A stretch of DNA of 64,000 bases from Octopus sinensis (Eukaryota), in assembly GCF_006345805.1 (NCBI RefSeq), contig NC_043006.1, positions 52,762,001 through 52,826,000 of the forward strand. Direction: 5' to 3'. The first letter of the stretch is position 1, and each line of letters opens with the position of its first letter. The notes beneath the pieces were generated by a model. The model was not told the DNA's origin and did no database searches. It was given only the letters and a program-made list of their open reading frames with translations. The position numbers and the translations under genes were made by a program. Of this stretch, positions 26,541-40,698 are shown piece after piece.

Positions 26541-26959
26541 GCAAATTATAAGAATAAGAATAAATTATTCTTATTAATCTTTGTCACACTCTAGAGTTGT
26601 TATGGGGGCACATTCTAGTCTCGCCTTCAGTCGGAACTCTGAGATCTGTCGTGCAGAATTCCCTAACGACGTATGTTTTGGTGTCTGATATTGATCTGAG
26701 ACACTTTTCTATTTGCTGCTTGCTCTATTTCATTCCACGCATTTTCGAATGATAGTTTTCTTATTGCTTTCTTAATAGATACATTCAGGTATACACCTCA
26801 AATGTTTCGACCAGACAATGTTTTTCGCGTTTTTAAAAAATTGATGGTGGCGACAAAAACTTTTACCATTTACCATACGGCAATGGCAAAACCGCAAACA
26901 CTAGATTTTATGATCGTAATGTTTTGATATTTTCATTACGATAATGTTAATGGTGTAAA

Positions 26960-27290
26960 GGCGCATGGCTCGGTGGTTAGAGTGTCGAGCTTACGATTGT
27001 GAGGTTGTGAGTTCGAATCCCAGACCGGTCTGCGTGTTGTGTTCTTGAGCAAGACACTTTATTTCACGTCGCTCCAGTTCACTCAGCTGTAGTAATAAGT
27101 TGGGACGTCACTGATGCTAAGCTATATCGGCCTTTGCCTTTCTCTTGGATAACATCGGTGGCGTGGAGAGAGGAGGCCGGTATACATGGGCGACTGCTAG
27201 TCTTCCATAAACAACCTTGCTTGGACTTGTACCTTGGAGGGTAACTTTCTAGGTGCCATCTCATGGTCATTCATGACCGAGGGAGCTCTC
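26960..27290 (+). mobile_element. Full-length SINE family C with TSD
   Basis: A-box TGGCTCGGTGG, B-box GTTCGAATCC; flanking AATGTTAATG(G/C)TG direct repeat. Confidence 0.9.
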
Positions 27291-27790
27291 AATGTTAATG
27301 CTGGTGGTGACAGAGGTAAAATTTTCAGGTATATTGAAGCAACAATTTAAATTTTCCCTTTCCTGTTTCTCATTTCTATTGTTGATGTTTTCATTTTAAT
27401 TTCTGTTGTTGTCTTCATTGACAATGCTGTTGTTTCATTTGTCACAGATGGCGGCTGTAGTGGTGATGGGGATACTTTAGTATAACATGGGGGAGGTGGA
27501 TTTAAAACATTACTTCCAATTTACAACCTCACTCTCCTGACTTTCCACCTAATAATGTGACACCATGCTCGTTAAAAAGAGAAGAAAAGTAACAAATATC
27601 AGAAAAAGAAATTTCACAAGTTTACCCTGAAGGGCGAAAATACAAAGAAAATAGCGTCCTTAGTACCTCTGGGATTTTTCATAATGCATAGTGCGAAAAT
27701 TTTGAACATAGCTTCTTTAAAGATTTTTGAAAGAGAACAAAATTACGAGCGGCTTAAAGCGATGGTGTTGCTGACACTACAATAATGAGG

Positions 27791-28022
27791 AGAAGAAGAA
27801 GAAGAAGAAGAAGAAGAAGAAGAAGAAGAAGAAGAAGAAGAAGAAGAAGAAGAAGAAGAAGAAGAAGAAGATTGTAATGATCATCATAATTAGATTGAAG
27901 TGGTGTTTGGAGTGTTGCTGTAGTCGTCAACGCCGCCGCCACCACGTCCGACGGCAACATCTACGACGGCGACGTAGATGATGATGATTATGGTGGTGGT
28001 GGTGGTGGTGGTGGTGGTGGTG
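27791..28022. repeat. (GAA)n and (GGT)n trinucleotide microsatellites
   Basis: Directly visible. Confidence 0.95.
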
Positions 28023-28140
28023 AGGATTAAATAGAAACAAGAGAGATCTGATTGAAACGAGAGAAACAGAAGGTTTAAGTGAGATAAACAGAAGGTTTGC
28101 TAATTGCTATTGAAAAACAGAAGGTTTTATAATTGCTGCT

Positions 28141-31020
28141 CAGGGCCAGTGTCTTCAGGGTGGGCATACTAAAATTGTAATCGTTGACTGTATATCAAAC
28201 ACGCCTGCTACCACAAACGTGATAGTTTGAAGAGATCAGAGTCGTATCACATGTTAATGATATTCTTTAACCATATCTGAATAAATCATGAAAATGAGAA
28301 AGTGACATTTTATGTTTGAAACAATATAGACATGTAAAATAGTGGTGAAAAAAATCTATTAAAACAGTTGAAAATATTAGGGCAATTAAAAAGAGAAAGA
28401 TCGGATACAGTTAAAAGATTCAAAATCTTTAATAAAGTGAAAGTAGTTGCCGATTTATATAATCAACCATTTTTTCTGTCAAACAGCCAACTTGAATTTG
28501 TCCCCAACTTTTTGTTTGTATGTAAATCCTTTCTTATACTCCAGTTTCGCTTTCGCACATTGCAGATTATCCTGGAAATTTCCCATCTGCCTGTTATTAA
28601 ACTACAATATGCCAATGTTTGTACGACTTAAGGAAGAAGAAAACCGAACAAGCTCATGCAAGAATCTATTTGTAGTAACACTGATCAACACAATATGAAC
28701 GCCCTTCCCGGTTCTTGTCAGTCATTAAGTCCAAATTGTGTACGTTAACTCTCATAGAGAAAAACAAAACACGCAAATGGTTTTAACGTCATGCACCAAA
28801 TGCGCAGAATACAACAAACAAATAGATACTCGTTGCAATGAAAGTCGCGCTAGAACTGTTAATTTGAGTAAGGTTGTACTTTTACATCAGTATTACAAAA
28901 AGTTACTAAATGCATTTTTTTCTGAATAACTTATTCAGTACCATACGTTTCGGTTAAAAAGATAAGGATAATGAAAAACACTGACATATCCCTAAATATC
29001 CCCAGAACCACTTTGTAGCCAATAATGATCAGGATAATGCAATCATGTCTCAAATTTTTATAGAGCATGGTTTCTCGAGTGGCAAAAATAACGATGATCT
29101 GAATATGGTCCATAAGTTTCCACAGATTAATATCACAGATTGTGATATTAATCCGTTGTGGCCATAGATTAATATCACTGAAAATGAACCAAAATCAGCT
29201 AATGCTGACAATATAATCCAAAGAAATTTGATAAGTAGTGGAGTTTGAGAAATTTCAGGACTGAAATATTTGAAAATTATCCTTGGCTTGTTTATGGTAA
29301 TGACAAATGCCATGCTTCACGTCATCCACATAACGTGATTCAGCTTTTACTTATATAATCGAAACTATCTAGTTTACAAAGTATTGAAAAATGTCTGTCA
29401 TCGATTCGATTGACCATGATCAAGTGGATAGTCATTCGAATGAATGTAAAGCATAAAATGTCTATGTCAACTAAATAACTCACTCAAGTGGAGTGACACC
29501 AACATTTTTTGAAAATTATTATCACAACTCTATTGCTCATTGCCCAACAAAACAGCTCAACAAAGATACAGAGAGGCAAACTTTAAATATTACTGCTAAA
29601 TGTAGTAACATTCTATAACTTTGGTTAGAGGAATCTTTTGACTAGGAGAAAAACGGAAAAATCAGTTAGATGCACACATACATAAGATCTCATCAATGGT
29701 CCAGTTCGAATTTCTTGACAACGTAGCTGATGATACTTTATTCGGCATTACACTTTATTATAAAAATATCGTTGAGGAAAATTTCGGCATCAACTGAAGG
29801 TAATGCAATCTGCCTTAGAAGTATTATTGAAGGAAACGTTACAGATTTTACGCAATGATTTCTACTGAAGGAATGGTTCCCTATAACTTTGTCAAAAATG
29901 TTTTCTGGAAGCTGGAGATAAAATTTGAGAAAACTTGATGGCACAGCAAATATGAGTAGTGGTCGTAGAAAGTAGCCAACGAGAATAAAGGTATTTTCCG
30001 CTGTCACATATGTTCATTGCGCTGTACATCTAAATTTTGATTCAGTGACAAGTATTTAACAACACGATAACAGTTTAGAAAATACTCATGATAAAAGCTT
30101 TAAAAGTACAAGTTTCTGGAAGCAATGCCAAATGGCATTCACTCTTTAAAAGTATTACGAGTCGTTATATAACAAAGTAGTCTTGTACACACGTAGACGT
30201 AAAAGCCAAAGTTAAGTAAATAATTGACAAATAATCAATACCCCAAAATATGTCCACATAGTAATGCAATATTAATACCAAATGTGATTTCGACTGTTTG
30301 TGCTGTCAAACTGGTTTATTGCCAAAAATAATAGTGCCAAAGATAAACATCAGGAAATACCCCAAGAGAAAGCCTGTAGCTACTATTAACAACTACAAGA
30401 ATCGCTACAGCAATCACGAAAACTCTTACTCCAGAAATCAAGGAAATTTTAAGAGCGTTTGAAAATGTATTGAACAGCTTAGATTAAACAATGAAAGCAA
30501 TCATCTGAGGCACCCACGTTTCGGTCAAGGTGGAAAGAGTTACACAAAGAAAACGGTATCTCACCGATTTCTAGCTCTGGTTGATAAATCATGATGAATC
30601 AGCAATGGAAGTGCCACTGGATCCCACTGTCAAAGATTGCCAAAGCATACCCATCTATTATTTCAATGAGACAATTTGTGGGGAAATGGAAATGCGATTT
30701 AATAGAAATATCCAAGATATATTTTGTGCACTCAGCTATATTTGTATGAATTCTGATGCAACAGATGCCGCAAATGAACACTTACGTTGCTGCATCATAT
30801 TTTGGTATTGATTTGGATCTCCTAAATGAATAGAAGGATTTATACACATTTTGCACTTCCATTAGTTTCATGAAATTGTTTTACAAGAACAATCTTTATG
30901 GCGTATTGCCAGTGTTACACAAAATCGTCGCTATCCTAACAACCATTCTGACTACACATTGTCCTACAAAGCTCTCCTTCAGCGACATCAGACGAATAGC
31001 GAGATACAATGGGTTAAACA
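28141..31020 (+). mobile_element. Highly decayed hAT (ZMYM1-like) transposon
   Basis: IITTLLLIAQQN (~29515), DGTANMSS (29937), YVHCAVHLN CxxH (~30009), LPVLHKIVAILTT..TT..KLSFS..RRI dimerisation-like motif (~30906); possible CAGGGCC terminus at 28141. Confidence 0.7.
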
Positions 31021-31266
31021 CAACTTAAACAAGGTGACCATAAATATGCAAATATGCAAATATGTAAATGTTGGCGACCAAATGATTAATATATATTTAT
31101 TGCTAAAATGGCAGAAAATAATATCCACATTATGTTGCATATGTCGTGAGTTGCATTGTTTATCTTTCATTGGTAAAAAAGTATTAGAAATTAGTATCTG
31201 TGTTTGAATCTGTCTAAACTTTCGAGAAATCAATTATTCTTTTCCCTCTTACCCAAATGGCGCCAT

Positions 31267-31433
31267 CAATGCCGTCTTAAGAAAAGGGTACATTTGGGCG
31301 GTTGCGCCGGCAGTCCCACAAATTAAGGGGCTCAATTCTAATCTATTTACGCCGGGGCTTGTCAATAAATAAATATTATATGCCTAGTACTTTTATTTAC
31401 CCTGCAACTGATAATGATGTTAAGGCGGCACTG
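31267..31433. mobile_element. hAT-type MITE
   Basis: Terminal inverted repeats CAATGCCGTCTTAA / TTAAGGCGGCACTG. Confidence 0.65.
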
Positions 31434-31613
31434 AATGCCACGCCTACATGAATGCGAACGCCAACTTCCTTGAGAAAATTAGTCTAAAGAGATCCAATAC
31501 ACTCATAATAGTTAATAACTGGAATTTATTTCTACCTTGTAATAAATAGAGTGGCTTAAGACAAAGCATAATTTGTAAATTGCCGTTATTGAGTCAGAAT
31601 ACTAAAAAATATA

Positions 31614-31844
31614 GGTTGCGAGCTGGAAGAAACGTTAGCACGCCGGGCGAAATGCTTTGCGGTATTTCGTCTGCCGTTACGTTCTGAGTTCAAATTCCGC
31701 CGAGGTCGACTTTGCTTTTCATCCTTTTCGAGTCGATAAATTAAGTACCAGTTACGCACTGGGGTCGATCTAATCGTCTTAATCCCTTTGTCTGTCCTTG
31801 TTTGTCCCCTCTATGTTTAGCACTTTGTGGGCAATAAAGAAATA
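31614..31844 (+). mobile_element. Full-length SINE family A with 15-bp TSD
   Basis: TSD AGAATACTAAAAAAT at 31596-31610 and 31845-31859. Confidence 0.92.
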
Positions 31845-33495
31845 AGAATACTAAAAAATCTAGAAATCTGTAACCAATCATTCTATCCAGTCTACAACTA
31901 CTTAATGAACTCATTCAAAACTATACAGGTCATCGATTGCAAATACATAAATATCTATCAACTTTTTCCCGATTATTCATGCCGCTGAAACAGAATCGGG
32001 TATTTAATGTAAGTTTATTAAAAAAAAATAAATATCAATAATTATAAATAAATATTTATTAATAAAGCGGATGTTATGTCTATGATACTTGACATTCATG
32101 CACAAAATGGACCATAAAAAATTCAAGTTCATTATTTCAAAGTATCATATTACGTCCTTCCGTATATTTCACTTCATGAATTTTTAAAAAATTAGATTTC
32201 TTTATTTTCATTTAACCAGCATATGGTAATTAAAAAGGAGCCCAAGGACACACACGTACGCATGCGCTTGCGTATTTGTGTGTGTGAGTACATATGTTTG
32301 TATATATGTAAGTCTGTATGTACGTATGTATGTGTGTATGCATACACACATATACATATGCATGATTATATATATGAATATATGTATCAAAATACAAAAA
32401 AATCAGAAAAAGGAAAATGCTTTAAGAACTTTTTCATCGACATATGAATCAAAGTTTTGACATTTTTATCAAAATATGCTATCGGTTTCAATCACGTAAA
32501 ACGTTGATTTCGTCATGCTGCAATAAAAGCGAAAATAAATTGAAATGTATTAAATTAAATTCATATTTCATACCCATTCTGGAAGTTATTTTAAGGTATC
32601 AGTTCTGGAAGTTATTTCATGCTGTCAGTTCTGGAATTTCATATGCCTTTCTTTCAACAATCACACGGTGCTGAACTTTCACGAAATTTCGGTACCATGT
32701 GATTTTTACAGGGAAAAGGTGTGAACTTCCAGCACAGACATCGTGAAATATTAATTTAATTCAATAAATTTCAATATGTTTTCCCTTTTATATGAAAATA
32801 ACAACATTGTCTTTTAATGTAACATATTTTGATAAAAATTCAAGTACTTTCTTTTATCAATAAGTTCTCAAATTATTTTCTTGTTTCTATTTTTGAAAAT
32901 AAATTCAGTCGTCAGAAACCTTTTTACACACGCGCACGCGCACACACATATACACACACACACGCACGCACGTGTACACACACACACACACACACACGCA
33001 CACTCATGTATCCGTTACATACAATAGAAACGGTGTTAGATTTAAATTGCTATCTGTGTATCATACATAATGCAAATACACCGGGATATGTAAAATTACT
33101 GTGGTACTCGTCCAGAGGTGATACAAATACATAAGAAGCAACGAAAATCCTTCAGCAATGGTAGTGAGAATGTTATGCATTCATTTCTGCTTCTTTAGGC
33201 TTCCACAGTAGCATGTATTCATAGACAAAAGTAAACAATATTGGAAAACAGCGAATGCAAAAATAACACTGGCGCAGCAATTAGGCACTAGATGAAAAAA
33301 GTCCGTCACATGAAGCAGAAGCAGTAATGGATGAAAATAATCATTTGTTTAGTTTAACATACTAAATGCAAATACATCACGATATTCTATATTCCTCGGG
33401 TGACAATCTCGATTGCTACGTAAGTCCATCGTGGACGCCATGATATATCGTTAGCTCCTACACGCATTTTTTTCTCTCCTTGTTTTTTCTGTGTA

Positions 33496-33533
33496 TCTTT
33501 CTGTCGAAGAGCGTAGGCTCGAAACGTAAAAGA
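33496..33533 (+). ncRNA. Minimal hammerhead-like motif (variant core CUGUCGA) in a short repeat next to (TA)n
   Basis: TCTTT-CTGTCGA-A-GAGC[GTAG]GCTC-GAAA-CG-TA-AAAGA; stems I and II perfect, palindromic ACGT stem III, A6->U. Confidence 0.55.
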
Positions 33534-33639
33534 CTTTTTCTATTCCTGAGCGATATACTAATACATTTGTTTGTGTGTACTCCACTTGCCTTCATCTTTT
33601 GTTTATTTTCGTAAACTTTCCCTTTATATATGCATATAT

Positions 33640-33689
<50 letters not shown>

Positions 33690-33693
<4 letters not shown>

Positions 33694-34574
33694 TGGTCTG
33701 ATCAATAAGTACCCGAACTGTTGCCATAGTAACGAGGCTAAAGCACGCAAAGTGGAAATGCTTAGCATAGATTGACTTTGAACTCTGCTGTGCATGTGCA
33801 CTAAGTTTAAACGTTCTAACTCGCTTTCACTGTTTACAGCAGTGCTTGGAAGTAGAGTGTGTAGCGTGTGATCGTCGCATTGACCATGACGCAGAAAGCT
33901 GAACATGGAATTTGTATCAAATTTTGCCAAAAGTTTGGCGATACCTGCTCAAACACCTACGCAAAGTTTCCAAATCATTTTCATCGTTATCGATACAATC
34001 AAGGTGATCTTGTGCAACTGAAACCCGAGTGTCATTTTAGTCTGCTGGAAGCAGTTTTGGTACAAACTTGGTCGATATGCGGCTCGTACCCAAATACTCA
34101 GTGATAATGGACTGAACTGAACCGTAACTAACCTGCACACCCTCTGATAATTCACAGATGGTGATTCGACGATTTCCCTTCACACCTGCACGCACATCTG
34201 TGATGTTTTTCTCAGTTCTGGTGGTTGTGAGTCTACCAGAACGTTCGTCACTATCTACATATTTTCGACCATCCTGAAAATGTCTGAACCACACGTACAC
34301 TTGTATGCGACTCATACACTTCTCCCCATACACTTTCTGCAACTTTGCGTAGACCTCTGAGCAGGCATAGCCATGACTACTTTTTTCTGTTATGGACAAT
34401 GTGACGACCACCTGTTACGTTAATCTCAAGCACTACTGTAAACAGCAGAAATAAGCTAGAACGTTATAAACTTAGTGCACATGCACAGCAGAGATCGGTG
34501 TCAATCTGTGCCGAGCGGCTTTATTCTGCGTGCTTTATGACGACAATCCAGGTACTTATTGATCAGACCTCGTA
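33690..34574. mobile_element. Mariner foldback derivative made of two inverted 5' ends
   Basis: TIR GGTCTGATCAATAAGTACC at both ends; + arm MTQKAEHGICIKFCQK..; - arm ..VYAKLQKVYGE..WFRHFQDGR..DERSGR..KFVPKLL; 5' UTRs are reverse complements of each other. Confidence 0.85.
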
Positions 34575-35063
34575 TACATATATATGTATATATATACATA
34601 GACACACACACACACATATACATTTCTGATTAGAAGCGATAAGCAGTTCAAATATTTTGGTTAACTGGTGGATGCGTGGATTTCGTAGTAGGTATCTGCA
34701 ATCACTACCTAATACGTAAGAGAAGCAATCCTGAAATAAACGACTAGGTGTCTTATAGAAAACCAATCAAATATAATTTCACTAGTAGTACCAGCCTAAT
34801 TTTTTATATATAAAAACATCAAATCTCTTAATCAGTTCAGAGTCGCTCCTCTTTGGTATCTGGTGCTAATGAGAAGATAACTACGAAATGCTAGTGAGGA
34901 GATAGCTACAAAATGCATGCATCCATCAATTCACAACAGGGTGCTTGAACTGACTGTAGTGTGTCTAAATATTTTTTATCTACAACGAAGATACATCTCC
35001 ATATTTGAACTGCTACCAAGTTTTCATATGTATATATGTACACACAAACGCACACACACACAC

Positions 35064-35149
<86 letters not shown>

Positions 35150-36356
35150 TATATACACCCTCACAATCCATCCATCCAAATATCCATACAAGCATGAATG
35201 TACGCACACGTACATACATATGTACATATATATATACATACATAGTATTCCAGTTTGCATGAAGCAAACCGGATACATTACAAGGACATATGTTTCGGTC
35301 AACTCTAGCTTGTTCTTACTCTGGCCTTCTCAGCGTAGCACAGCTTTCATTGTAGCCGCAAACTAGCAATAAAAAAATTCCAAAAATAAATGTTCGATAT
35401 TACTCCTTTGCCTGTTCTGAGTACCATATGAGATATATAGGACATATTTCCTGGTATCCATGCATCATATATGTTACATTTTCTCAATATTTTTGTTCAA
35501 AAACCCGAATAACTTAGGATTTACGAAAGGAAAGCTTTATACGTATGAAACGGGTTAGCTAAAAGTTTGAAAACAAGCATGGACGTTTTGGACAAACTTA
35601 TGAAAATGTTTTGGATAGGTGAAGGGTTATCTAGGCCAGATGCACAATTTTCATGGAAAACGATGTGTAGGATAGTGTTAACATATTTAATGCATAGATC
35701 CTTAAGGCACTTAGAATACTCAAACATGTAGTGAGACAGAAAATTAACGAATGACTAATATTTCGGAAAGTACAGAGATAACCCCAGACATATGTTGGTG
35801 CTTTTCTACCTTTTTATTTCCAAAAAACTAATAGGTTTCGAAATGATATTTAAATTAAATCGAAACACAAAAGCAGAAGGACTTGATTTCTGTTCAATGA
35901 TTAATTATTTCAGACCAGAAAATTCAGAAGTTGCGAAGAAAGAGAACACTGCACTATTATTGATTCCTACTTTTAAGGACGGATCAATTACACATACATT
36001 ATATAACAAGAGTGGTAAATTTGTGTCAAGAAATATATGGCTGTACTATTAAATTGAGCAGATGAAAGGTGCAACTGACACAAACCAAAAACTGTACAGA
36101 CAACAAAGAACAAAGGATAAATAATACAGTATACAACAAAAATATACAAATACAGCTCATATATATACACACTTTATGCTGTAAAAGTCAAAATAAATAT
36201 AAAGACTATTTTTATATTATACTTATGTTACATTTGTTTATCTTGGAGAAACAGTTGTAACAGTATTTGAAGGCTTCAACACAATAGCAGTACATCATTA
36301 TTGCTGACAGATTGTTAATTTAACACTATTGCACTTTACGCAAAATTATCTACTCT

Positions 36357-36554
36357 CTAACTCTTTTGCTTGTTTCAGTCATTTGACTGTGGTCATGCTG
36401 AAGCACCGCCTTTAGTCGGGTACATCAACCCCAGGACTTATTCTTTGTAAGCCTAGTACTTATTCTATCGGCCTCTTTTCGCCGAACCACTAAGTTACGG
36501 GATCGTAAACACACCAGCATCGGTTGTCAAACGATGTTGGGGGGACAAACGCAG

Positions 36555-36624
<70 letters not shown>

Positions 36625-36630
36625 TTATAT

Positions 36631-36706
<76 letters not shown>

Positions 36707-36848
36707 GCATAATCAAATCAACTCACAAGGCTTTGGTTGGCCCGAGGCTATAATACCAGACACTTGCCGAGAGTGGCACGCAGTGGGACTGAACCCGGAA
36801 CCATGTAGTTTGTAAACAAGCTACTCATCACACAGCCACTCCTACGTC
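36357..36848 (-). mobile_element. SINE family B with expanded internal microsatellite
   Basis: Reverse complement of 11807-12241. Confidence 0.88.
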
Positions 36849-38251
36849 TATCTGTACAAAAATGTTTCTATTTTTCTTTCCTTTACACCGAGAAAATATC
36901 CTTCACTTACTTTTAGGTTTACTTCTTATTGGCAACTCGTGTCATCATAGCTCAATACGCATTGTTTTAATAACGAATATTTCGATATTGTTCTGATCTA
37001 CTAAATACGTTATGAAGTCTCCTCCAGAGCTTACGAGTACAGATCATCATGGTATTTCTAAATATACACACAAATATTGTATTTTCTTTACATTTCTTCA
37101 TCATCAGGAAAATTAATGTCAATGTATTCCTTCATGAAGCCATACATAGCGAGCATAGATATTTAGATTACGTGAGCTCTTTAATTACTGACAATGCACA
37201 AGGATACAACAAGTAGTTGGAGTTATAACTTCATGTGGATTAAACTAACAGTATGACTAAACCTCAAATATAGTTTATTAAATAGCATGTGGATATATCA
37301 CATAAATTATCTCGCACGGAGATATTTCAGTGACTATTCACCCTGTCAGCCGCTGTTGAACTGAAGTCAGTTACTCCTTTAGTCACTCAATATGTAACAA
37401 CTGTTAATATTAAGAGTGTATATGTATGTGTGTCCATGTGCGTGTGTATTGCATCTGCTACTTGTTGAATGGCTGTGAATTCTCGATGATTAAATTTTAC
37501 AAGTCTAGTACAGCAACCGTGAAATGAATAAGCTACCCGTAGGTCTTCTTGCAAATACTCTGCACTTTACACAACAGTGTATTGAGTCTTTATTTGAACT
37601 ATACCAGGCATAATCCATATGAGTGTGTATGTATGTATGTATGCATGTATGTATGTATGCATGTATCTATCTATCTATCTATCTATTCATGTATGCATAT
37701 ATGTACATTCTTCTATTGATATCGATTTTGCTGCAGAGAGGTGTGTGAAGATGATTAACAGCAGTGGGTTGGTGTTTCATGATACTGATGCCAGCTGGTT
37801 GGAAATTTCAAAATTTTCTTGTGATATCTGCTCATACAAACATGCATTAAAACGATTTTGCCCTGTTCGATCCAGACGAAGTAGACCGAACCCATTAAAT
37901 CGACTGTAGCGTCGGAATGGCCGCATTAAAACCATCCAAACAATTCTGCATCAATATGATAGATCCTTGTAATACAGAAAATGATGAAGCAACAAGAGGG
38001 GTGGTAATTACAGCTATGGTTGAAACGCTTCGCTTCATAACTACGTGGTTTGAGTCCTATACTTCCGCACAATACCGCACAATAAATTGCGGACACACAT
38101 TCCTTAAATCCCTAGCTGTCACAGTCTTGGAGGCCCCACAATCGGATCGTTTTTTCCTTGGCGAAGGGTACTTCAGGAATCATCTAACTGCATCCACATG
38201 ACAACCTAACTTCTCCTCAATGACATGAAGATAGGTGCCTTTAGCACTTAC

Positions 38252-38354
38252 CTTGGTGATGATAGAATTGTCTTTATTGTTAAGGCTTTTTCCACGTTCC
38301 ATTGTTCTTAGATAGGAGAGACGCTATTAGCGTGGTTCACACAAAAACAAGAAT
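38252..38354 (-). CDS. Candidate first coding exon of an unidentified host gene (5' UTR plus MERGKSLNNKDNSIITK, coding part 38252-38302)
   Basis: Acceptor TTCTTTCTTTCAG, strong Kozak ACAATGG, phase-0 donor AAG|GTAAGT; non-repetitive context. Confidence 0.5.
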
Positions 38355-38648
38355 CTGAAAGAAAGAATTTTACACAGAATAATGGAAACATAACAATGAT
38401 GTTGCTATAGTGTGCAAACCAACTGGAAAAAGTTTTATCAAAACCGATTCAAAGAAAATCGAGAAATCCTAAATTTCACTCCTAAGCTATTAGTGTGGTT
38501 CTGGATGTATTTTACCGTTCCTTAACTGCTCTTCTTTTCTATTCCACTCCACTGCCACGTTTTACTGTCAGAATTGCCATTTTCAGATGTGTCAGCTGGA
38601 TATCACTATACAAAACATTGGAACTATTTCTAATCTTTTTTTTTTTTA

Positions 38649-38910
38649 TACAGGGTGGTGTAAAGGTCGGTATACAGTGATGAAAAAGAAAACACGTACA
38701 ATACTCACTCATTTATTTTTATCAAAAAAAAAAATTAAAAGTTACGATAAAAGTATTATTATATCTATGATAGATGTATTCTTATGATTAATCACACTGA
38801 AAATATCAAGCATATGGCTAACTAATTTAATGTGCTAATAATTTTAATGAATTAAGTATTATAACATTGGTGTGATACTCATTGCATACCTACTTTTGTA
38901 CACCCTTGTA
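38649..38910. mobile_element. Tc1/mariner-type MITE
   Basis: TA-CAGGGTGGTGTAAAGGTCGGTATACA ... TGCATACCTACTTTTGTACACCCTTG-TA imperfect TIRs. Confidence 0.7.
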
Positions 38911-39189
38911 TTTGTCTTTCTATATAAGAACGAACTGTGGTTAACAATACAGTATCAAGATCCGAAAAGCCTTAATGTTTGTATTATATGTCAGTGTAAT
39001 AAACAATAAAATTCTATGAAACGTAGCAGCTGGAGTCTATTCAAAAGGATATCAAATTCATCAACTGAACTGGAGTACGTTTTTTTTTTTTTTCATTTGT
39101 ATGACTAATCTTCAGAACCAACCAGGATATTCATTATCCCTAGAAGACTCAACAGTTCCTCTTTCAATTATATATGCATTTGTGTGAGT

Positions 39190-39338
39190 GCACGTGGCTG
39201 TCTAGTAAGAAGCTTGTCTGCCAGCCACATGTTTCCGAGGTCATTCCCTCTGCGCGGTACCTTGGGCAAGTACCTTCTACTGTAGACTCGAACCGGTCAA
39301 AGTCTTGTGAGTGGTCGACGGAAACTGAAAGAAGTCTG

Positions 39339-39415
<77 letters not shown>

Positions 39416-39752
39416 TGAATGTTCACGTATATATATATCTGAGACCCCCTTCGTTCACGACACAGACCATGGGATTGCACCTAGAAAGTTACCCTCCCAG
39501 ACACAAGTCCGGGCAAGGTTGTTTATGGAAGACCAGCAGTCGCCCAAGCATACCGGCCTCCCCTCTCCATGGGAAAGGCAAAGGCCGATACAGCTTGGCA
39601 CCTGTGAGGTCGCAACTAATTTCTACAGCTGAGTGAACTGGAGCAACGTGAAATAAAATGCCTTGCTCAAGAACACAACACGCAGCCCGGTCCGGGATTC
39701 GAACACACAACCTCACCATCGTAAGCTCTACGCTCTAACTACTGAGCCATGC
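39190..39752. mobile_element. SINE family B 5' part (+, 39190-39340) and SINE family C (-, 39441-39752) separated by microsatellite
   Basis: Homology to the other copies in the window. Confidence 0.8.
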
Positions 39753-39766
39753 CCCTTCACACACAC

Positions 39767-39804
<38 letters not shown>

Positions 39805-39806
39805 TG

Positions 39807-39854
<48 letters not shown>

Positions 39855-40329
39855 CATGCATGCATATAAAACACCTTGAAGCATCAATGTGTGGAGAATA
39901 TTATTGAGTATTATATAATAGATGGGTTAAAAAGTAGACAAATAATTTCCCCAGTCACTTCAGACGCCTTCTTGAAATTTCCTCGAATGAGTCTATAAAA
40001 ATAAATTATTCGCGCCGATGTAACATCCGGGAGCTTGGGCGTTGCTTATGATTCACCAAAAACGGTACGTATAGGTTTGGTCTTGAAAAAAGTTTTTTCT
40101 TTGTTGTCACGTGTTGCTGAAAGTCTGTTCATACAATAAAATACGATTGACCGTGTTTTAGCTTTAGAAAAATATGATTATCTGGTAGTTTTCAATATTT
40201 TACAATATTCTACTCATTGTGATCAGAATCGCAATAAAAACTCGCCTGGAAATCTATCAGGAACATATACATAGTATTGTCTTGAGATTATAAAAATTTA
40301 CAATCCAGATAAAACCTAATTTATGATCT

Positions 40330-40520
40330 TTCTTTTATCTTTTACTTGCTCCAGTCATTGGCCTGCGGCCATGCTGGAGGACCGCCATGAAGAATTTAGT
40401 TGAACAAGTCGACATCAGTAGGTCATTTTTTAAAAGCCTGGTGCTTCTATTCATCTTTTGCCATTCTGCTAAGTCACGAGAACGTAAATAAATCAACACT
40501 GGTTGTCAAACGCGAACATA
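40330..40520 (-). mobile_element. Degenerate 3' part of SINE family B
   Basis: TTTTACTTG..CAGTCATT..CTGCGGCCATGCTGGAG. Confidence 0.65.
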
Positions 40521-40698
40521 CACAGATACAGATGCGAGTAAAATTAATAATTGAGAAACAAAAATAAGACTTTGGGAACAGCAACGCTACCATAACTTAC
40601 GTGGAAACCATGAGCGGGCTTTCAAGGGAGATAATCAGAGAAAGAATTGAAAGTCAACGTGAGATCGTAATAATTCATGTAAAGTAAATATAACAATT

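Noticed and set aside
26960-27030. tRNA-like A/B boxes (also at 4735, 11807, 53086 and 61090-61159)
   Set aside because: These are SINE heads followed by SINE bodies, some with TSDs; no complete cloverleaf is apparent
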